Source: the human T2T-CHM13v2.0 reference genome, Homo sapiens. From it: a stretch of DNA of 64,000 nucleotides. Positions 15,001-29,312 of this stretch are shown one piece after another. The notes under the pieces were generated by a model. The model was not told the DNA's origin and did no database searches. It worked only from the letters and a program-made list of their open reading frames with translations. Both the position numbers and the translations under genes were made by a program. How positions within the stretch are numbered: the stretch's first letter is position 1; every line of letters starts with the position of its first letter. Where the stretch lies: NCBI RefSeq assembly GCF_009914755.1, contig NC_060940.1; one strand, 5' to 3'.

Positions 15001-17730
15001 CTTACAGGCCAGTAAGGTGGCCTGGCCGCTCTTCCACCTGGAACACAGCTCACTGAATACGGCAGATACCTGCAGACTGGGGGCAGAAACTGGGCTCTGG
15101 ATCCCTTTCCCAGCGGGGAGACCTGGCTTGGTTGTGAGCCCAGCCCTGCAGGGAGGCTGCAGATCCAACACAGCTCCTCTTGGAAGCCCTCTGTGCCAGG
15201 AGGCACAGCCCAGATGCCCCGGGAATCCCTGAGGGAAATTTCGTAAAACATGTGACTATCTACACAGCCTGCTAGAGGCCAGATCATTGCTCACACGGCT
15301 AAGTTGAAGCCTCAGTGCAGTTTCTACTTCATTCAGGGAACTGGAGTTGCAGCTTTCACTAGAAGAGCTGCTTCTCCTTGATGAACAAACCATTCCGCCC
15401 ATAAAAATGCTGTGGAAAGTACTGTAAACGCTAATGCAGCCAAAAACTTAAAGACTGGTATAGGGTTAACTGAACTGCCACGTTAAGTCAGGTGTAACGA
15501 GATGACAATGCTTTAATCCTGCTGCTTAAAGCGATGTCTAAAATGTGCAAGTCAAATTTCAAGCCTTTGTAAGAACATAATGGTAAAGATAATTTCATCA
15601 TTATCAGGTGATGCAACAACCTGCCCGGTCCCAGGGCTGGAATTCCAAACAGTCACGCCTTTGCAGAGTTTTACAGCCCTGGAAGAGAGGGGAGGCCACA
15701 GTGAACACCTGTGATGATAACTCCAGCCCATGCCCCGGTGATTTTTGACAATTGAATTAATGTTGAAATGAGCTTATTTTTCTGTCCTAAAGGGAAAACG
15801 AGCCTAAAATCCTGTTAATCTAGCATCCTGGTTACTCAGTTTCACCATAATTTATAGGATAGTTTTTCTACCCAAAAACTAAGGCTATTTTTATCCCAAC
15901 TTCGCCGCTTCATAAAACACACGTGCATGCATGCAACTTCAGAGGTTTTGGCCTAAAGCAAGTTTTCAAAATAACCGGGTTCAAATATTTCATTGAGATG
16001 GTAGGGGTGGAAGAATCTTATAGAAGCAAATTTTACTGTTCTCTGTAAATTCAGACTTCTTCAGCCACAGATGGCTCAGGGATCCAGTCTCGCTTGAGAA
16101 ACATGATGGAATAAGCCCACAGTCAGAGCTTCTTCTCATTCAGTTTCATGAAAGCTCTGAGCTCCCACAAGTGTCTGCTGGAACTGGACAGGAAGCTTGC
16201 AAGATGCTGGCTACGATTCAGCGCAGTCACCGCCTTCCCCAGTCGGCCCACCATCCCCAGCCATCCAACCACTTCCTCCCCACGAGGCATCGCCCGTTGG
16301 AAAGTTTTATTAACCAAATGCTTGAGGGTTTCTGTATATTTATATTACCTCCTCTTCTCTCCTGTTCTACCCAGGCATGTTGGAAAAAAAAAAAGTTATG
16401 ATATACTTTAATAAAAACAAAATTAAAATGATTAAACCTTTCATATCCTTTAGAGATAATCTCTCTTCTCCTGGCTGGTCCAATCTGGAAGAAAACAAAT
16501 GTGAACCATAGCTTGCTGCTGCTTTTCAATTTTTTTCCCCCCTAAAGAAACAAACAGAAAAAGCCGCCTGTGGCCAGATTTTTAAAATAAATTAAATTTG
16601 TCCTCACACACGGCAGCCAGGTGTGGTTGAAACATTCTTTCCAGATATCTATGATATATGCCAACATCCTTCCCTCTGGGGGTCTTTCAACGTGAGCCTG
16701 ACAATCCCAAGGGGAACAGAGACTTGGCGGGGGAGAAAGGGGGGTGATTCCAAAATAGTTATTGAAAAAGAATCACTATTTCCCAATTAGCCCTGTAATA
16801 ATGCCTTACAGGAATGACTGGATGCCCTGCCCCTGCACGCCATCTACCAAAACCAAAAAATAGTCTACATTCCTGATTAAAGCAAAGCTCAGAGAAAACA
16901 GCCCGGTATGGCACAAATCTCCCCGGTCTTATGTGTTCTGAGGAAGTCTTCAGATCCGCCCAGGGTCTGGGCACAGGTCCGCAGGGAATCAAATGGCTGC
17001 AGAATTCGATCAGGCCTGTCTGTCCAAGGCCAGCTAGATATGGAAATCAGAAGTAGGTCATCAGCCCTCAAGAATCGGATAATGACCTCTGGACTCGCAG
17101 CGCTGGGGCCACCAAGAGAACAAAGGTGTTAAGGCACTGTGTAGGTTTTTCTGTTGTTGTTGTTGTTACAATATCTAATAGTGAGATCAAATTCTTATTG
17201 TGGAAATAAACATCACGGTCTTCTGTATGAAGATGGTCTGCGGAAAGTGACCACGCATCAGAGTGTCCAGCGTAGGAGGAGAATCTCAATTTGCCTTAGT
17301 CATCATAGCACACACCCTGAGCACAGTAAGTTTCTCATTCTTCGTGTCTGGTGTTTATGTTGTAGTAGAGACGACTCGTCCTCAAGTTAAAAGGACAAAA
17401 GTCTTTCCTGTGTTTCATACTTGGGCGGTGAGTCACTAGGAAAGGATTTGGTTTTTAGAAAAAAAACTTCTGATCCCTGGGCTAAAACAGAGAGCCCCAA
17501 AGAGCTATGTTGATCCCAGACAAGCACGTGCGTGGATTCTTCAAAGTTCAGGTCAACTCAGGCCCCTCCTCCTTGCAGTCAGCCCTGTACTCAAGGTTGC
17601 TGGAGACATGGCGCCTCTATTCCCTGCCCAAAGAAGCCCCCTTAACTGGGGGCCACGGGTTGAGTGGTGAAGGAGGCAACTCACACCTGAATTATAGTGG
17701 GCTTGTAAACCTGAACAGGGCAAGTCACAA

Positions 17731-18002
<272 letters not shown>

Positions 18003-19082
18003 TCACCTACCAAAAGTCCAGCTGACATCTACTACAAAATTCCCATTATTGCCATAAAAACATGTGGGCTGGGTTCAAGGCTGCATAGCAGATGGCCAGG
18101 CTACATCCTCATCACACACGCACTTCACTGGTGCCAGTGCCGGTGACAGGCTAGAAGCCACTCCAGTGAGGACCCCTGCCAGGGCCAATCAGATCAGGGC
18201 TGCCCTCCCCATGCTGTGGGGCTTCTCAATGCTTCTGAAATGGACTCACACAAGGAAGTCACAAAGGGCTTTGGACATTAGGAAAACCATGCAAACTGTT
18301 TCCACTTCTCAGAGCAACCCGAGGCACGCGCTCTGGAGTGTGCAGAGTCACAGATAACTGCTGCTGCTTTGCTCACCGCAGTCTTAGGATTTCTTCATTT
18401 CTATCCTGGAGAGAATCCAGCAATGGATCACACTGTTATCTAGACACAAAGAATCCCACCCCTGGGGCAAAGTGCTACTTGTCCCGTGGATGAGTTTGTC
18501 AGCCTGCAGCAAGGAGGCCAGACGCAGTGGGAAGAGCACAGCCCTGGGCCCTGGGCCTCTGTACCAAGTCCCTACTCTGCTGCTGTCTACAGCAGCCCTG
18601 TCCTCAGGAACCTTCTCCAGGGAAGGAAATGGCTTCTGTCTGCACATCCAATACAGCAGCCACTAGCCACATGGCACTGAGACAGATGGGCCGCTGCAAT
18701 GGGAACCTAGCGACATGAGACATCCAAGATTGCCAGGAAGGGTCCGAGTTCGCCTCTGCTTTATGCTCGTGCAGGACAGGAACGGCCCTGTGGAGGCTGC
18801 CCTCGAGGCTCACATCACAGGCTCAATCTGGGAAAGACCAGCCATGGGAAGCAGGATGTGACTTGCCCTGGAAGCGCAAGTGAAGGACGGGCTCCGAATG
18901 AAAGCTACACAAGGTAACAATATACACACTGGGATCTTTATATTATGTCCAGCCTGGAGTATATAACACAGGGTAAGGAAAAACCAAGGAATTAAAAGTC
19001 CTTCAGGTACTTCGAGCAACTGAAATCCTTTGGATGGAAGTCCAGTCAATCAGCTGGCCCCCTATTGAATTCTATACCCTAA

Positions 19083-19505
<423 letters not shown>

Positions 19506-20054
19506 TAAGGAGTTTTTATTTCTATAAATCCCTCCAACAGGAGCCTAACACAGGCCAGCCTGCTGGAGCACCTTCAGCAAAGGCAGCTTTTCTCGATGCT
19601 AAGACCATCAAATTTCACAGGCACAAGAACCTTCCTCCACGTGGCCGGCTGTCAGTCCTCTTGGTGTTTGCCAGCAAGAAGGTTTCGGTGAGGGCTGTGT
19701 GAGAACAGGCAAGGAAAGAGTCATGGTAAAATGGGCTCAGAGGACACAGGGCTCTGACCCCTTTTCCTGTCCTAACAAGTGTCTTTGAGCACTTCCGGCT
19801 TCATTTGGAGTCCCCTTCCAGCGAGGTCGCAGTAGTTAATCCCATGCCAAGGCCAGCACTGAGAACCGTGTGCTGCGAGCAGGAAACCAGAGAAGGCCTG
19901 GTGGGCGCTGACAGTTCTGTCCGAGGCGACTTCCAGGATCTCCATGACCTCCCTTCATCTCTCCCACCACCTTCTGTCCTACCCTCCTGCCCCACCCAAA
20001 GTGACCACAGAAAAGGAAACAAGAAACTGGCTTCAGATATCAGAAAGTCTGGGT

Positions 20055-20365
20055 AATAGACTGAACTGTGGTCCTCCCAGTGTCCTAGGTTGAAGTCCCA
20101 ACCTCCAGTACCTGAGGATGTAGCTATGACTGGAGACAGGACTTTTAAGGAGGTGATTAGGTTAACGTGAGGCCTTTAGGGTAGACCCTAATCCAATCTA
20201 TCTGGTATGTCCTAATCATACAGAGACACACCAGGGGGACTCACAGAGACCAGGCTATATGAGACCAAGGCCTCGGGAGAAGCCAAACCTGCCGGCACCT
20301 GGATCTTGAACCTTTAGCGTCCAGAACTGTGAGAAAATACACTTCTTTTGTTTCAGCCAGCCAAT
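20055..20365 (+). mobile_element. MLT1-family MaLR LTR
   Basis: gttgaagtcccaacctccagtacc...ccctaatccaat...ccagaactgtgagaaaatac. Confidence 0.8.
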
Positions 20366-20944
20366 GGAAACGGGGGGTGAAAAATACACACATTCTTTTT
20401 TGACTTTATAATATGACAATTTTTGATAAAATTTTGGGTTGAAACAACAGATGGCCCTGTACCAGGAAAATCACACATTGTCTGATTTTTGATATTCTAA
20501 TTAGAGCAGAGGTCAAAGATCTTTTAAAAGCAATAAATGGCTCCTTTTATTAACATATACACAAAAGGTCTCAAGATAGTCTTGAGGCATAAAACTATAA
20601 AAACCCATTTAACATCCACTCTGAAAAACACATCTTTACAAAGTCCTTTCAAAGTCCCTCAAAACTGCTAATGGAATAAGACATAAGTAGCAAAAAGCAA
20701 AATTAAATGCTTATTTGAAGACTGTTCTCCCAAACTGAGAAAAACTGTGAAACAGAGAGAAAGATCAGCAAGAAAAGATGTACCCTATCCAGGCTGGCGG
20801 GAACCACACTTCTCTAAAATGCAAGCCAAAAAATATTAAGGAAAATGTAGCCCCAAACCTAGCCTGGGTCTACCAGAAGTCTGAGGAAACCCAGTGAGGA
20901 GGAGCTGAGCATGGTCCAACAGAACCTTCTGAACTGCTCTAGAA

Positions 20945-21050
20945 ATCTGTATTGTCTAAGTTAACCATGAGCCCCATGGCACTATTAAGCACTTGAAATC
21001 TGGTTAATATGATGCAGAAACTGGATTTAAAATTTTATTTAGCATTAATA
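20945..21050 (+). mobile_element. MER3/MER33-like hAT MITE fragment
   Basis: ctattaagcacttgaaatctggt...aactggatttaaaattttattt. Confidence 0.6.
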
Positions 21051-21569
21051 GACAATTTTGAGAAGCTTCCTTGTGGCTCTCAGGAGACCAGAAAGCCCAG
21101 GAACCAGGGAGGTATGGGTAGCACTTAGACTGAGGCCACAAAACTTTCCACTGCTCGTCAATGTTTGAAAAAAATAATTTGGAACCATAATTCTTATAAT
21201 TGGGTCACAGTTTGAAGGGGGTTCCTTAACATCTGTGACTCTGAGAAAAAGCCTTTGAGCTATTTCTGTACGCAGAGAGATAGATGCATGTTCTATTTCC
21301 TCCCTGGCCCCTACCAAGGTCGGGAACAAGTTTCATATAGGATGTAAGTAGCCCTAGAAATGGATTCTTTGGACATTCCTAAAGACGGTACAGGTACAAA
21401 TCATTATTTCTCGAGAAACATCCATTCAGGCAGTGGAGAAAGTGTGAACTCCAGAGGCTAGGATAGGGGATCCATATGGGAGGGGTCTGCACACATGGCA
21501 GGAGACAGCAGAGGACGGCTGCCACTTCCTGCTACACTGTCGGCTTTAGGAGGTCTCTCCCCTCCAGTG

Positions 21570-21611
21570 AAATCCAGGGACAGCACCCCCAAATCCAGGG
21601 ACAGCACCCCC
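21570..21611. repeat. Perfect 21-bp tandem duplication
   Basis: aaatccagggacagcaccccc x2. Confidence 0.95.
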
Positions 21612-22756
21612 AACTCCCAGCCCAGCACAAACACCCACTGACTGGCTAGCTATCCATATTCACTTTAGGGTGGAGTTTCAGATTTTCAAGTTTCTTGGAT
21701 ACACCTTTCGAAGGTGACTTGGGATGTTTCGAAATAAAGGTTTCACAGAAAGAACACTTGGTATGACATGATGTCCTGTGGCTCCCTTGGGGGTCCCCAT
21801 GTCACTGGGCTCTGATGAGCCAACGGGGGTCTCTGGCATACTCACACCCCTAAAAAGAGGACCCCCGCCCAATGCTCACCCCTCAACAAATGCAAACACA
21901 CCCATATACTGTCTCTCCTAATTCCAGGAACCATCAGCAGGTACCCCTTTTTCCTTTTTTTTTTTTTTTTTTGCTGTGCCAAAAAAAACCCTCTCTGCAG
22001 TGAGTGGCCACAGTATCAATGCTTCTCCCAGTGGGCAGCGTTGGGCACGTGCTGCCACCCACTCATGAAGATAGCATGGAAGACAGCCTGGAGCCCTTGA
22101 CCAAGAACAACACTAACCAGAAGGGCAGTGTACAGCTGGTGCCACGTGTCATATGCTGAAACAACACGCACAAAACCCTGGTAGCTTCATCATCCCAGAA
22201 AAATAACGCAACGAATGAATGGTGGATCTAGAACATCAAAGAATGAGTGAATACTAATCACTGCAACTCAGGCCACTGCGGCCAGGTCTAGATAACTGCT
22301 GAAAAGGTGCAAGTCCTGGAACAGCCAGCCAGGACACAGGAGGCTGGGTACGAGGCTGCACGCTCAACCCACTGCCCACCTGACCATCCTGGTGATGCCA
22401 CACCTTCTCCAGGGGGACCTTCCAGGGCAGCAGCGTCTGACAGCAGTGAAACAGCACTGCATATGTCCACCTTCCAGCAGACCAGATCATTAGCATATTT
22501 TGCAGAGAGCAAGCAGAAAAGTTTAATTGCCCTTAATTACTCAGTTCAACAAGGCTCCTAGATAATGGCTCTCAGATTTCTTGCCTGGTATCGACGTAAT
22601 TTCCCTGACTCTGGCTTCATTATATCCCTAACTTAGAAGCAATAGCGTCTCCAAGATGGCTTTCCAGAACAGACACTGAAGTGCCAGTGAGGCTGGGCAG
22701 TCGCTACAAAGGTTTCTTCTATGAGGAGTCAGATTTTTGGCCTTCACACCACTCTG

Positions 22757-22758
<2 letters not shown>

Positions 22759-22824
<66 letters not shown>
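22759..22824. repeat. (GT)33 microsatellite
   Basis: Uninterrupted GT run. Confidence 0.97.
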
Positions 22825-22826
<2 letters not shown>

Positions 22827-25322
22827 CGGGTAGTGGGGAGGACACACTAGCATATACTTAGGATGGACTAAGACAAGGAATATGTAATCAGAAGCCATCA
22901 CAATTACAAATGTAAATGAACAGGCAATTGGCACTGACCTTTGCAGATTGTTAGAGGACTAATTAAGGCAAATCAAGAACTCTGTTCCAACAGAAAAACA
23001 AGACAGTATACACCCTGAGAACTACTCCTATCCTCTCTATGTAAATGCAAAATGCAGGAGAATCACAGAGTAATCAAACTACGAATATTGGCAAATAAAA
23101 AACATCTCCATGAACAAAAGACAACCAAGATTTACTTCTTCGTAGCCTGTTAGTGATTCTGCTAAAATCTCTATCAACAAGCACCACCACCATTCTGAGC
23201 CCTTGCCACACATCTGACATTCTGTTAGAGTCCATATAAATACATCCCACCGCCAAAACAGCCAGAGACACCAGTCACTAACTCCTTGCTTGAATATTTT
23301 AAAAGCTGTAAGAAAAATACTTACAAAAAGGAATCAACCTATGTTATCCTGTAAACTCCATTTTTCATTTAACAACATTATGTTCTCTTTTCATGTTCAT
23401 ACATAATGACCTCTCTTTACCCTTGCATTGTAAAGCATCTTTCTAAAAAGCTTGCTGAAATTTACAATCCCTATCCAAACAGTCCTTCATCAGGGAATGT
23501 CCTTTAGACAGATAAAGTCATGTTTTCCCCATGCCTCCATCAATGCTTAAAATTTCAGTCACCCCCATTTGTTTTGATGCACTTTTACATTTAACTTCTC
23601 TAGTTAAAAATACTTTAAGTTCCTATACCTTCCCCAAACCCGGTAAACAAGACATACAGTAAAAAGGAAAGGAGAAAGAGCGTGGGTGTGCTGATTTTAT
23701 AAAAACAATATTTCAGAAATTCAGAGCTGGCCACAACATATTTTAGTGCTATCAGAAAAATTACACTGAAATTGCATATAATTTAGCTATTTACAAAAAA
23801 AAAAAAAGATGTACTTTATATTTAGAGGGCAGCCTTACACCAACTTTGCAAAATAAAAACAAAATCAAGTGAGAAAGCTGAAGACAGTATATATTCTTGG
23901 TCTCTTAACTCTTAAGCTGTATACATTAAGCACAACACCCTGAAACTTGGTTTAAAAAGTGATTCATCAAATGAGGCCAGTGAGTGTTGCAGTAAAGGCT
24001 GTCACCAAAACCACATTATCACTTGGCAAGCTGTGTGCACCTCTCTGGCCCCAGAAATTCGCTACTATGAATGCCAAAGACGTATCTGTAAAGGGAGGAT
24101 ACTGCTTTTTGCTCCAAGCAAAACAAGTCTCTTAAATTCTGAATGATCGTGCACCCTCTGTAAACTGAGTCCGGGTCCAATTATTTCCAATGCCTGAGCT
24201 GGTCTAGTCATCAGTGTGTCCATATTGAGAGTGCAGAGGAGATCAGTGATCAGCTATGTTCTCCAACTCACAAAAAGCCTTATATATAATAGGTCGTCAA
24301 TAAAGAATTGTTGAACTTTAATTACATGCATGTAAAATTTGGAGGTCTATGTCTACATGAAAGAAAAAGTACTTAGGACAAGGCGAGTAAGAGAGAAAAC
24401 AGGAGGAGGAGAAGGAGAAAGGCCGACAGCAGAAACACAAAGGGCCTGTGTTCTCAAAGCCCAGGGCACTTGATAGAATGAAGTTAACTACAGTTTCACC
24501 CAGGAGCCAGAAATGCCTTTTAAATAAGCAAACAGGGAAGCTGATCCTACACATGACCCACCTCTGAGAGCTCTCCATTTTTCAAGAGCTTCTGGTAAAC
24601 CAGGGAAGCAAATGGCAGATGCCAGCAACTCAGAGCTCTGGCCCAGTGCATTGGCCAGTGATGACGAGTGGTTTCTACCTGTGGGTGGGTAAGTATGAAA
24701 TGCCGAGACGAAATCCCAACCAATTCCAGAGACTACTTGGTCTTGCAGAAAAAACACTCAAGCCAATAAAAATAAATTGTGGGGATTGGAAGAGGAACCT
24801 CACCTGGTTAGTTACTGTCTTTGAGAGATGTATTTCCAAGCCATTTTTAAAACAGGAAGGCCCAGCAGGCTTGTGTGCTTGTGTCTATTGTGGGGTAGGG
24901 GTGGAAAAGTGTAACGACAAAGACCATCACACTGAACCAAAGACAATTTACCACAGGACTCGGCCTGCCCACTGACATAAGGGCAGAGCTCCGCCATGGC
25001 AGGGCCACATGGGCACAGAAGCCTAACTATTAGCACACAGCTGGCGGCCAAGGCTCTGTCCACTGGTGCAGGGCAGGACTTAGATGTACGTGCCCAACCA
25101 CGAGGCCTCTCAAGGAGTTACGTAGCCAGTCATGGCAGATATAGATCCTGGCTGCTACCAGAAGATTCTGAAGGGATGGAGGAGACCTTTGCAATTTCTT
25201 CTACCTCGACTCCTTCCTCCAGACCCACAGGTTCACATGGGTTGGCAGGCTACATGATGAACTGGACCGACTGGCAAACAAGTGACTTAAGTAACAGGTA
25301 AACTGGGAATAGGTATTTTTTG

Positions 25323-25379
25323 TCATCCACAGGGCAGAAACTATTGCAGAATCATCCACAGGGCAGAAACTATTGCAGA
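25323..25379. repeat. 29-bp-period tandem duplication
   Basis: tcatccacagggcagaaactattgcaga at 25323-25350 and 25352-25379. Confidence 0.95.
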
Positions 25380-27279
25380 GTTCACCCCTCCTGCCTTAGG
25401 AGGAGACATCTAGATACCTGTAGGAGGTGACATGAGACTGGGGATGAGGTCCAGAACTCAGAAAGGACAAGGGGTTATTTCTGAAGGGTTTTGTGTAATA
25501 TTCTGTGGCATGTGGACAACAGAGGAGAAGAGGAAAGGAGAAGGAATGTCATCACTTAGCAGGATGATGACAGAAAGCCAGAACTTCCAACTCTAGACAG
25601 CACAGCCATGGATGGGGAGCTTCTGGTCAGAGTGGGTGGGGCTCCTAAAAGGTGCACCAAGACTTCCTAATGCTCCTGATGCCACAGGATGACATTTCTA
25701 GCTGAAAAATCATGTCCTGACCCTTATGTTAAAGAGGACAGAGTTGGGAATAGTCTATAAAGTCGATGTTTACAAAATTTGAAGTTGATCATCTTAAACA
25801 TCTCAATTCTACCAGGTCCATAATGTCCGTTCTCTTGAAGATATCCTTTCAAGTTTTGAAGAGCCAACCCCTGGGGAGAGGGAAGATACATCTTAAGATG
25901 AGTTTTCTTAAAGTGGTTCCTAAAACGGAACCAAGTTCTTGTTAATGTCAATATGAATAAATAATACGTAATACTTTGTCCCTTTTGTCATCAGTTATAT
26001 GGACCGAACTGGAGCCTGTGTGTGGGAGGGGAGGAGTATGGTGTAGGGAGGGAGTAGGGGAGAGAGCAAAAACATGACTCCAGGTCAAAGCCAATCCCAA
26101 AGCATCTTGACATACGGAAGGGAAGTCTATCATCTCCACTGAAGTTGCTCACACACTTCTCGGGGGAAAAACCCCTAGTATGCACTAAATGAGAGGAACC
26201 TCGAAGGCACTGGTGCCGGGCTGCATCCACGGAAGCACTACATTCCAAAACAGGGAACTGTTTGTTCCAGGTCACCGACTCTGGGTGAAATGGCAGCTGT
26301 ACACTGTTTAGTGTGGGGCACCTCATTAATACAAAAGGAATTCTGAGCAGAGTAAAAGAAAGAATTGAAGGGTGAAATGGACCAGCTTTTAACAGATGAT
26401 TAAAACAATGATGTATGCAGAGCTGGCCAAAAAAACACCCCAAACAAAGCACAAACCCTGAGCAAGAAACAGGTCTAGGTGTGTTGGTAGAAAGAAGGAG
26501 AATCTGGGGAATGACTCAACAGTGCACTAATGCAGAGCAGCGGATCAAACAGAGGCCACAATCCCTGGGTGGGGCACAGGCTCCCCTACAGCCAGATGGC
26601 CCAGGGGCCTCAGCCTCAGGCCCATCCTCGTCCCTTACTCCTGAGAGTGCTCCCATGTAGACGGATGGGATCAGAGGCAAAGCAGAAGCTCCACCAATTA
26701 AGGTGTTTCAACTTTAACCAGAAGAGGCATTTGAAAAACACATGGAAGGGACAGTCTTGCAGTGACCTTCAAGTGACAAAAATTATCCCGGTACCCAACA
26801 GCCCTTTCCTGAACAAACAATTTCTACTGACTGTCGAAACCTCAACCACTCTAGCAAGGAGAAAAATTCTTGAATTGTGGTCTATCCCATCATTTGGGAA
26901 TTGCTGTTTCATTTATATGAGGAGGCAGCGAAGGAGCAGTCAGATGATCCAGAGAGGAGCAGGTGGGCAGAGGGCTTTGGAGGGGCTTAGGAGGGACGCC
27001 TCCAGGAGGAAATGAAGCTGACAGAAAAACTGATAGAGCAGAGCGTTCAGAGATTAGGAAATGTCTACTTCTGGCAGAGTAAGGTTCGCCATGAATTAAT
27101 CATAGGTACCTAGAAAACCAGAGAAAACAATAAGTTGTACAAGAAGGTAAATGAAATTATAAAACTCTACATGGCTCAGCTGCGATTAATATTTATAGTT
27201 ATAATAATGAAAACACTGAATATTAATATAACCCCCAATTATTATTTAATCATAATGGAAGGTGGAGGGAGGAAGGACT

Positions 27280-27755
27280 GAGTGTGGAGGGAGCTGGGGA
27301 GTGGGAGGGAGTCCAACTGTTGTGTGGGGGGTGCAGGAGTGTGCGGGGCAGTGCCTGTGTATTTGTGGGTAGAGTGAGGGTGCGTGTGGGATGCATGTCA
27401 GTGTGTGTGGGGTGTGTGGGGGTACAGTGTCTATGTGTTTATGATGCTTGCATGTGGGGGGTGCAGTGTATGTGGGGGAGGTGCACGCAGATGGGGCGTG
27501 TGGGTGTAGTATATGGCTTGTGTGGGTGTGTGAGTGTATACAGGGGGTGTGTGTGTGTACAACGTATGTGGGTATGGTGTCTTGTCTGTGGGCTGTGTAT
27601 GTGAGCGTGGATGGAATGTGTAGGATGCAGAGAAAGTGTATGTGTGTGCGCGCACGTGCGAGAACGTGTATGAGGTATCGGGCTGGTGTGTGTGCCGTCT
27701 GCGTGAGTCTGTGGTTGGGGTATGGGTGTAGGTGTGTACACGGGTGGGTTTGTGG
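27280..27755. repeat. Degenerate G/T-rich (TG)n low-complexity tract
   Basis: About 470 bp of interrupted gtgt/gggt units. Confidence 0.85.
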
Positions 27756-29258
27756 AACAGCACACTGGTGAAATTCTCATCTGCCCAGGTAGAAAGCCAA
27801 GAGGTAACATCTAAAACTTAAAAACAAGAAACAGTCGTAGAAGTATGAGAAGAAACATGGAAATAAGTAACAAAAGAAATATCTGAAAGTTGAAAGCTGA
27901 TCCCCTGGAAAAGGGGGTGGGAGAGGGCCATGCTCTTCTCCATAAAGTTTATGTAACTTTTTGCCTTTAAAAAATATAAAAATGTGTAATTTGATTATAT
28001 TAAGGTTAAAACTGCACACATCCATGATGGCTGAATGGCTGAGAAGGCACTGCAGGAGACTGTAGGATCAGGAGTGGCCTTGGGTCTCTGGCTTGGCCAG
28101 GCCGTTAGACAAGCTGCCATTAAGAAGAAAAAGAAGTGTGGCAGAGAAAGTGGTGAGCCAGGTGCCCAAGAGGTGGGACCAATGAGATGTCCACGAAGCT
28201 CAGCATCTGGGAGGTGGGACCAGTGGTGTCCAGGAAGCTGTACAAAGGCATTTGGCAGCACCAGGACACAAAAGCTCAAGAGGCTGGGAGCCGAGGACCA
28301 GGCCACAGTGCCCTGTGCCCAGGGACATGGGGCAGGCTGAGAACCACCAGCCAGAGTCAGGCTTGCAGAACTATCAAGGGAAGTCAGAGGACAAGAGAAA
28401 AACACCCCGGAAGCCAAGGGAAGGCAAGGGAAGGGGAAGGGAGCTTCAAGAAAGGGCTGGGCAACAATTTCAAACATTGCAGAAAGAAAACAGTCAGGCC
28501 CAGCAGGTCCTGGGCTGTGTCAATCAAAGATCAGCAGCGCCCTCCCAAGAGTGGCTTGGTGACAGAGGAAATGGGTTGTAGGAGGTTGAGACATGGAATA
28601 GAGGTGAGCAGTTCACAGGGTTCTCTCAAGAATCTGGAAGATTCTGTTGTAGAGACAGTGTGGGGCCTAGGATGAAAGGAGAGCTTTTCTTGGAAAGTTT
28701 TGGTTTCTAAAGAGGTAAGTGACTGTCTTGTGTGTCTAAGTGGAGAGCAAGAGACTGGAAAATTGAAAAAATAGAAAAGAGGAGGTGATTCTACCCAATG
28801 AAGTCCCTATGGAAGGCGGAGTCATGGGTGGAGGGAGGGAGGGAGGTGGGGAAAAAGGTGGCTGCAGGGAGATGACATGGGGAGGTAGAAACGAGGCAAG
28901 CTCCCACTAGCAGGTCTCGACGCATTGAAGCAGCAAGCAGCATGGACCCAAGAAACACCCAGAATCACTCCCAAATACAACTGAAATTTTTATAACAAGC
29001 ACTTATTTTATTCCTCTCTAAAGTTCAGTTTTACAGACCAGACTTTGAGGCCACAAATTGACTACTCTTAATACTGGGCAGGACACACGATGTAGCATCT
29101 GCTTTGTCAATTTGAACCAATAAATTGAATCTAAAGTATGTACTGGAGGAATCTTAGAATAGAGGAGAGTATCTTCTGTTGGCCTGCTCCCTGGGTAGTA
29201 GCTTGTGACTTCCCTAAGACTGAGCCTTGCTCCAAGAAAAGTGCTGCCAATTTCCTTT

Positions 29259-29312
29259 AAAAAAAAAAAAAAAAAAGAAGAAGAAGAAGAAAGAAAAGAA
29301 AAGAAAAAAAGA
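29259..29312. repeat. Poly-A/(GAA)n purine tract (polypyrimidine on the ZFHX3 strand)
   Basis: A run followed by gaagaagaagaagaaagaaaagaaaag. Confidence 0.9.

Noticed and set aside
27284-27810. Cys/Val- and His/Thr-rich ORFs
   Set aside because: Translations of the degenerate (TG)n tract
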